Source: Mobula hypostoma
Lineage: Eukaryota
Direction: 5' to 3'
DNA: 64,000 bases
Assembly (NCBI RefSeq): GCF_963921235.1
Contig: NC_086097.1
Coordinates: 39,248,001 to 39,312,000, forward strand
The notes under the pieces were generated by a model. It saw only the letters and a program-made list of their open reading frames with translations, ran no database searches and was not told the DNA's origin. Shown here piece after piece: positions 56,501-64,000 of this stretch. Positions within the stretch are counted from its first letter, which is position 1. Each line of letters opens with the position of its first letter. The position numbers were made by a program, and so were the translations under genes.

Positions 56501-59500
56501 ATTTTAAAATGTTATCTCGTTCACCTGTATCAGCAGTGGCAATACTAGAATTATTGAGTCTGTAAAATAATAATTTATCTTGCATTCTGCTATATGCCAA
56601 TTAGTTTAATCCCTGATCTGCTTATTCCATGGCCTCATTTTTGCTCAACTCCCTTTTCTCAAATGCTTTCTAAAAATCTATATGATGGCATCCTTTGTAA
56701 TCCTTTCACTATTAGCTCACTGGTAAATTTGAATCAGCCGGCTGGTGGTGTAGTGGCATCAGCGCCGGACTTCGGAGCGAAGGCTCTTTAGTGCAAATCC
56801 AGCCGGCTCCCTTGCACGCTTTCCATCCATGCTGGGTTGAGCGTCGAGCTAGCAACTTGGCCTTGTAAAAACAAGAAAGCCTGCTTAAAAAATGCCGTCA
56901 TATGACGGCGTCCCGATGACTCCACTCGGAGTTGAAGGGTTTCTTCTTCAAATTTAAATCAGATTAGTCAAACACAAACCCCTCCAAGTTCAGACTTCTC
57001 CAAAAACCTATTCTGATCATGAAAGGAGGCCCATGGGCCCAACTCGATTTCTATACCCATCTACATTAATCCCATTTGCAGCAATAGATTTGTACCTTTT
57101 ATGTCGTGCCTACTTACGCGTCTGTCAAATGCATCCTAAATAATTACACCTCATTCCATTACGTCCTTTGACAGCATCTTCCTTGTATTAACCACTTGTA
57201 GTGTTAAAATTATATATCCTTTACATCCCTTTAAAATCCTCTCAGCTTAAATCTTGTTTTTGATGGGGAAAAGATTTTGATTTTTAGTAATGAATGTTTC
57301 TGATAGTCTTAAGGAAGCAAACTCTAGCAAAAGTATTAGAAGGTTAAGAAAGTCAAGGTAAATGAATGTTTGCTGTAACAGTTGTTAAACTGATCTGCCT
57401 GTACTATTCAAGTGTCTTTAGAACTATTACATTATGTGGCAAGAATGCAAATCTGATTAGAAGATTTCATTCTTGGAGTTGCAAGGAACATGGACACAGA
57501 TTTGAGCACAGTAAAAACAGTAACACTTTTGTTGTACTGCAGATCATGGGGCTTTGCTATTGCTTGGGTGGTAGGTGCTGATGCTTCTTGCTGAGGTAAA
57601 TGGGGAAGCGTGTGGGTTGATGCTTTGCTGCTGTGTGTGAGTAGGAGGGGGAGAAGGGGGCTTTGAGGTTCAAATGTTTTTACTGTCACCCATTGTTTGG
57701 GGTACTGTTTTCATGAATGTCTGCAAAGAGCAAGAATTTCAGGTTGTGTATTGTATACATTCTCTGATATTAATGGAACTATTGAACCTACAATAGATCA
57801 GCACTGTTTTCCTAGGTGATTTAAATGGTTACATATTCCCCCAGCACTATCTGATGAACAATCCATGCAGCAGTGAACACCAGCAGGACTGAAATAGGTT
57901 TTAATGTGGCTATCCATTTCTCTCAATTAACTGCAATGTAGGATATTGGCAACATTCCTCAATGGAATTCCAGTCAGCTGCAGAAAAGGTAAATTGAATT
58001 GAAATTGGTTTATTATTGTCACATGAACCGAGGTACAATGAACCATCTCAGTTTTTTTAATAAAATCCTTACATGCATCCAAATCTGGATCAGTGTGGCC
58101 ATCTGAAAAAAAAATTAAGGACCCATTCATATACATATTGTTTAATTTCTATAAGTCTTAGTTACAAATCCCCTAATGCAAATAAACCTTTGCTCGCTAC
58201 TTCAATCAAACACTAATTAAGGACGATTTATGATAAATGCTGCCACCTCCTGTACAGTAAGCAGCATGAGACTGGGAGGTTGCTAATCCGTCTATGTAGC
58301 ACATTATCCAACACTACCTCCAATAGCTTAAGCTCCAGTCTAACTAAAGGGTATGAACAATTATGTTTTGCTTTGCTGACACTACATTGTGAGCTGGGTA
58401 GTTACAACACAAAACTACACAGAGGCTGGTACAATGACATTGCAGGAAGCACCATTCTACAGGGTCAAGGTGCACAGTTGTTACAATGCAGATGCTGAAC
58501 CTGCCATGTCTTTGGTTCATCTGGAGTTTACTCAGCAACTTTTGTCAGAAAAGGTAAAAAAAAAGAAACCCTTTTCTAGAAATTCTTCCAACATATTAAA
58601 AAAATAGCAAAAAGTATTATAACAAAGGACAATGGCAGTTTTGAGTCAATAGTCACATTTTAACTTACATCAAAGAATGCTCCAGATGTCCCATTCTCCT
58701 GTATTTTGTAAAGCAAGGGGTTTATAAAACCAAGAGCTGGAAGACCTCGTTGAAATCTATTATCATTAATGAGGGCCAGGATACCACCAAATACAGGGGT
58801 TGAAGCCTGAAACAAAAATTTAAAAAAACATTTTAATAAACACAGTAACACAAAATTCAATTATTCGTCTTCTAATACGTTAATGAAAAAAATCAAACTT
58901 CATAGACAGAAAATGCTAATTTCCAAATATTTATTCAATGATGTCGATGGGAACTGGCTGTGTCCTAATAAAAAAAATTGAACTAGACTGGAATTATAAC
59001 TACAATAATGATTTTTATCTAATTATGGTTAGAGGTTTAAATATAAATGTATAAATTATATATGTAAATAACTCCACTCACTGATGTTCCAGAAACCCAA
59101 GGAATGGGGATTAAATTGACCACAGCCCAGTAGTTATCAGAGAGTGCTGCTACATCAGGGTAGGCACGACCACCGGCATTATAGTAGGTCTCTGGAGGAA
59201 GAGATTTTATCCTTTTGAGATAAGACTTCACAGCAGCAGCCTGTAAAACAAAAGTACAAATTGTATAACCATTACCTAAATATACTAAATCTATTTCAAA
59301 TGTCTCAACAGAAAGTTAAAGGAAATTTGACCAAATCTTTTCTTTAGTTTCTTATTTTTTCTGAACTGTTCTTATAATATTTTGATCTATGTTTGCTTCA
59401 TAGACAAAAACACACAAAAAATGTTCAGCGTTATGTTTGTACGCGAGTATAGAATTTTTAAATATGGTCAAATAACAGAAATATGTTGAGAATTAAAATG

Positions 59501-62462
59501 AGCGAAGAAAAAGTATTCTGGAAAGCCAAGGCACAAAATGTCTTGGATTTCTATCTTTTTCACCTAAAATACCACTTTAAAATACATTCTACGCTGAAAC
59601 CCAAGTATATTGTAACAAAGGGAGGAGAGTTAGCTTTTATGTCCCTTTGTGCTAAGTTTTTAAATTTCTTCCTTTCCATTTGTTCAAACGGAAAGTGAAA
59701 AATGATCAGGATTACTCATTCTAAGTATGTTTTGAAGTTAATTTGTCAGCCTGATCCAACTTCCTGATCCAACTTTCCTGTTTAAGTTGTACTACAACAT
59801 TGTTCTTGTTTTCACATACAGTTTTCTCCCAACAAGTTAGTAATTTTAAAAAAATCCAAAACATTTCTGTAAAGCCGTGTCATTTCACTGTCACTAATAG
59901 CTCAAAGTATATCATTTTCAATAAACTCAGTCTATATGGTTCATTTGCAATTCAGAAAATCATCTAATTTTACTGACGCAAACTGAGCAAAGCAGAAATG
60001 GAACAATAGAAAAATAGATGGGTTTAATCTACATCAGTAATCTGCCAAGCTTTATTCTCATATCATCATGCAACAATGTGGTATATAATATTTAACACAA
60101 CTACTTTATTGGAACATGGTAACTAGCTTAGATGAAACCTTTATCCAGATTGTTTTTAAGCCAATCTTATTAAACCAACCAATTCCTTAGGAAGTTTACT
60201 TCAGTGAGACAAAAAACAAATGTTCAACTGGTTTACTTAACTGATAGTTGGGCATTTTAAACACAGTACTGAATCCACCACCACTGATGTAGTCTGTGAC
60301 CTCGTATGTAATTTGAAATGGATTTTTGAAAGAAGTTCCTCCCACAGTGGTAACATAAGGACTAAGAGAGAGAAGTTACATAATCATTTACGTTAGGGAT
60401 CATATTCAGTGATTCCATTCTTTCCAATTTTATTGGATGCTTTTTTTTTTCCAAAATCCACATTTTTGTTAATTTCTTTTGTAACAATGACCATTCAGTA
60501 AACGTTGCCTTCTGGATGTATACAACTTCTGTAAAATAAAATTTGAAACTTGTCAAAAAAAAAGTGAACATCTAAGGGCAAACAACAGGAATTCTGCAGA
60601 TGCTGGAAATTCAAGCAACATACATCAAAGTTGCTGGTGAACGCAGCAGGCCAAGCAGCATCTATAGGAAGAGGTGCAGTCGACGTTTCAGGCCGAGTGA
60701 CTGGGGGCTCACATTATCCCTTTGACAGCAAGACCGTCCAAAATTGACTTTCATACACAGCTTCCTTTAACCTTTGTCTAAAACAGATTAAGATTGAATT
60801 TAACGTGCCATAGGGGTCTTAACCATTATAGCAATGTTAATGTATAAATAGGTGGAGTGTGGGCTGGGGATGTTGTGTAGATTAAATTTCAACCCTTGAA
60901 GTGATTAGTGTGCACACATTAATGCTCTCAGGGATTGGCAGCAAATGCCAATGGGCCCAGCCTACCAATTGATTTTGTGTGGAAGCCAAATGGTTTTCAT
61001 TTAACAACAATAACCGCAGTGGAGAAGCCAGTTTGGTGAGATACAAGCCTGAAAATAATTCAGGGCTCTCACTGACATTGGTGGGAAATTTGGTTTTCCC
61101 ATTCATTTTACAGCTACTTGGAACAAGGGTTGGAGATAATCCCTCGTGCTTTTCTACGTTCCTCAGTACAACAGAGAACATATAAGTTCCTTCTGTTAGC
61201 TGTCTGCCAGTCAGCCTTGCAATCTTCACTTAGACAAATTAAAGAGTACATTAACTTTTTTTAATTTTGTGAGGAAAACCTTAACTGTTTGAGACTATCC
61301 ATTGTCACAGGGAAGCACTATGACTAATGGGCATCAATGTGAAATTCAACTCTTCTGTGTGTTGAAGTGACACGTTGCCACCTCTGATTTATTACAATAG
61401 TAATTCAGCATCTTAAGACCTCAGAAAAGGTTTTCAACAGATATTAGTTTAGCCTCAAAAGCTCTATTTTATGCATATTTTATTGCTAAAATATAAATGA
61501 GCCGTTGAACAATGATGAACTGTAAAATTACATAAATGCAAGCAGTTTTAGCAGAGTCAATTTTCATCAATATATTAGCTAGCATATTTAAATATTTGAT
61601 CATACAAAGTAGATGGTACAATATTACCCAAACACTGATTAAAACAGAATAGTGCATTTCTGTCATTACCTAGATGCAGGAAAACTTGGCCTGAAGATAT
61701 TTTTGCCTTTTCTAATTTCTCTGCAGCCTGCACCATCATCACCTATAGTGAAAGGGAATTAAGTGTTAAAATGATGAATGAAATTAAACTTTGACTTTGA
61801 ATCTCACTCATATATAAATAATATTCTGAGCATTATCCCCATGTAAAATGCTCAGTAGTTTCATGAAAGTGCAGGCTGGATTTAAATCTGGGCATGCTTA
61901 ATCCAACATTATCGTCAAGAAGCAAAGCTTTTATCAAAATGAAGAACCTTGCCCTCAAGGATAAAATAGGGGAACCAATGGCCTTTGTATGCAAAACAAA
62001 AACAGACCAGGTTGTAGAGCAATGAGAGATCACAAATCTATTATTTTTATTTATTCCCAAACAAGGTTTGAAATGTCCTCCTGTGCAGTTGTAATGATAT
62101 GAAATCTAAGAACTGCACCACTTCCTTTAATTTTTAGCTCATGACAACTCATCAACGGCAACCATGGTTTATGGGTGGCCCGCAGATCCAATGCCCAGTA
62201 CGTTGTAATAAAATAAAAACAAAAATCTTGCTTTAAGAGCTATTTGTCATCTGATGCTGGGAAAGATATTTACCAGAAGCAAAGAGTATTGTGAGACCAC
62301 GGACACCAGCCTTCATAAACTCGACGTTGATTCTCTTTAAATACGCCACCGACAGACTGTCCTCATCATCTCCATAACTGATGGTGTGGACCCACGGAAT
62401 GGATGACATATTACTCAGTAAAGTAATCCAGTTCAGAAAGGGTTCCTGCAATTCGTGCCTTC
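50403..62462 (-). CDS. TPP1: Tripeptidyl-peptidase 1 (sedolisin family S53), last 6 exons; 5' exons lie beyond the window end
   Basis: complement(join(50403..50558,58669..58806,59082..59240,60241..60361,61670..61742,62274..62462)). Motifs: [49 protein letters not shown] (catalytic Ser), [11 protein letters not shown]. Confidence 0.95.
51261..51932 (-). mobile_element. L1 LINE 3' end with poly(A) tail and 17-bp TSD
   Basis: [10 protein letters not shown]...[31 protein letters not shown] at 51244-51260 and 51933-51949; T-run and TTTATT at the left end. Confidence 0.85.
53335..53565 (+). mobile_element. CR1 3' end fragment
   Basis: tttaatgcggaggttgataggtt...ggcctaattctactcctatgtcttat. Confidence 0.65.
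54375..55590 (+). mobile_element. CR1 LINE fragment
   Basis: IELFDEVT...[33 protein letters not shown]. Confidence 0.85.
56231..56401 (+). mobile_element. Fold-back Penelope-tail mini-element containing a hammerhead
   Basis: CAGTC-CTGACAA-AGGGTCTTGCCC-GAAAC-GTC-GACTG at 56265-56301, flanked by complementary arms 56231-56264 and 56318-56353. Confidence 0.72.
56737..56949 (+). mobile_element. tRNA-derived SINE with (TTC)n tail and TSD
   Basis: GCCGGCTGG...CCAGCCGGC acceptor-like stem; A-box TGGTGTAGTGG; B-box-like GTGCAAATCC; TSD AAATTT(G/A)AATCA at 56725-56736 and 56950-56961. Confidence 0.78.
58669..58806 (-). CDS. TPP1: TPP1 exon 12 equivalent
   Basis: tttcag acceptor, GAT|gtaagt donor. 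Encodes [33 protein letters not shown]...AFFD. Confidence 0.95.
59082..59240 (-). CDS. TPP1: TPP1 exon 11 equivalent, ending at the catalytic Ser (GTS)
   Basis: ttttacag acceptor, TCA|gtgagt donor. Encodes AAAVKSYL...[30 protein letters not shown]. Confidence 0.95.
60241..60361 (-). CDS. TPP1: TPP1 exon 10 equivalent (the donor reads TTAAGT, see findings)
   Basis: ctcttag acceptor. Encodes [40 protein letters not shown]; 121 nt. Confidence 0.92.
60578..60697 (-). mobile_element. Penelope tail copy truncated inside the hammerhead
   Basis: gcaaacaacaggaattctgcagatgctgg...cagtcgacgtttcaggccgag. Confidence 0.8.
61670..61742 (-). CDS. TPP1: TPP1 exon 9 equivalent
   Basis: ctatag acceptor, AG|gtaatg donor. 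Encodes [25 protein letters not shown]. Confidence 0.93.
62274..62462 (-). CDS. TPP1: TPP1 exon 8 equivalent
   Basis: tttacag acceptor, G|gtaaat donor. Encodes [12 protein letters not shown]...[13 protein letters not shown]...GLTILFASG. Confidence 0.95.
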
Positions 62463-63318
62463 CTGTAAAGGTCAAATTGTAGATCGTCATAGATTCAACA
62501 TTGATTCCAGACAGAAAACAGAGTACGTCCTTTTTGGCACGGAAGGCAGTGAATGTTGAGATACCACAGAGAGCAGTGCTCGAACCCCATCTCTTTCATT
62601 CACAACACCCAACTAACCATTCTCAATACAATTCAATGCTTTGGGTGAGTGAACCAAATGTAGTCTTTCTATGTCTGCAGATGTCACAAGTCTAGTAGGA
62701 TTGTGAATTACAAGGAGGCTTCCGGGCAATTCAGAAAGTTCGAGTAAATGGGCAAATGCACTAAAGATTCAGTAGTAACAGAGATAGCATTAAGCATACC
62801 ACTAAGGTAAGAAAAGGAAGAACGTTGGTTAAATGATGATAGTTTGTGAAATGTTGATATGCAAAAGGGATCTAAGAATCCAGTCACTGAAAGCAAATGC
62901 GCAAGCTAGCAGGCAATCCATCTTACTACAATTATATCATTGGGTGCAGTTTCAGCCTTGTTACACAGGGAGGAGTATATCTGCCACAGAGGGAATGTAA
63001 AGAAAAGTTCAGCTGACTAAGTTTTGGAGATAGCTGGAGTATTGTCTGAGGAGAAGTTGGGCTGACAAGACCTCTATTCACTGGAGTTCAGAAGCCTAGG
63101 AAGCATACCCATCCAACAAAATACTGATGTGCGGAGAATGAGGCAACTAGAATGGGGCATTACAGTCTCAAGGTTAAGATATTTTGGCCTGAGAAGGGGA
63201 GAAATATCCACACTCAGAAGGTAGCGAAGGCCAAGTTACTGAATATTTTTTGAGGAATATGAGACAGAGAATGTCATAATCATATTGAATGGCACAGAGT
63301 TATGAAGGACCAAATCAT

Positions 63319-63470
63319 AAACACGAGGGATTCTACTGACGCTGGAAATCCAGAGTAACACATAATTCTGGATGAACTCAGCAGGTCAGGCAGCATCTAC
63401 GGAGAGGAATAAATAATTGACCCTTTGGGCCAAGACCTGCTGAGTTCCTCCAGAATTTTGAGTGTTTTGC
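63319..63470. mobile_element. Fold-back Penelope-tail mini-element
   Basis: Arm AATTCTGGATGAACTCAGCAGGTC (63364-63387) is nearly complementary to GACCTGCTGAGTTCCTCCAGAATT (63434-63457). Confidence 0.68.
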
Positions 63471-64000
63471 TGCGCGAACTGGCCCACTGCTTCTCCTATC
63501 TAAAAAAAAATCAAAATTTAAATCTTTCTTTGTAATAATTTTGATAATCTGCAAACTTCTTAAGCAAACTAAAAAATTATTGTTTAAATTAGAATGAATT
63601 AAATTAAAATAATGCACAGGCTCCTTATACAGATAGAATGAGCATAATTTCTTATTTCTGCACATTAAATCTTAAAACTGCAAAGGTAAGCAGAGGCCAA
63701 AAGCCAGAGTGACTTAGACCTTCTTGTATGCGACTCAGTCTGCTATCATGTGATTCCAGAGACTGTTAAATTGACTTGGGACTACCAATGGACTGAGTTG
63801 CTATTTTTAAATGCACATGCTGACTGGTGCTTCACATTAAAACTCAGCTGATGTGCAATTGCATAGACTTGCTCTCTGAAAAAGAGGAAGAAAAGCACAG
63901 GACTGACCATGTGAGAAGTTAAATAGTAAGAGTCAGTTGGTCAGCAATTATTTCTTCCTGAAGCTTATCTTTCAGAAATTTACTTTTAACTTAACCTATA

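Noticed and set aside
56737..56812. Functional tRNA gene
   Set aside because: The anticodon and T arms are imperfect, and it continues into a body and tail flanked by a TSD, so it is a SINE head.
60700..61230. Non-repetitive-looking segment with 115-aa and 68-aa ORFs next to a truncated Penelope tail (possible second capture)
   Set aside because: I found no TSD bracketing it and no recognisable protein motif; it cannot be supported without a database search.

Overview
Eukaryotic, intron-rich vertebrate DNA. The repeat landscape (abundant CR1, Rex1/Babar, Penelope, V-SINE-like) suggests a cartilaginous fish, probably a ray; this is inference. The + strand carries the 3' 12 coding exons of FANCM (7437-49556; MHF-binding region, MM2, MM3, ERCC4 pseudo-nuclease, HhH), which join in one continuous frame. 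The - strand carries the last 6 exons of TPP1/CLN2 (62462-50403), tail-to-tail with FANCM. The introns hold many transposon fragments (CR1, Rex1/Babar, L1, RTE, Vingi-like, Tigger, mariner, Tc1, PIF/Harbinger, SINEs). Main observations: (1) a Penelope-like GIY-YIG retroelement family whose terminus carries a minimal type I hammerhead ribozyme, present as two large inverted insertions with 13-bp TSDs plus nine short tail copies, two of them fold-back; (2) one of these insertions contains a CpG-rich segment resembling a captured host first exon with its splice donor; (3) a TT rather than GT donor at a conserved TPP1 exon boundary; (4) a possible antisense overlap of the TPP1 3' UTR with the last FANCM exon. 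Exon numbers follow the human genes. Comparisons with human proteins are from memory, and no database search was run.
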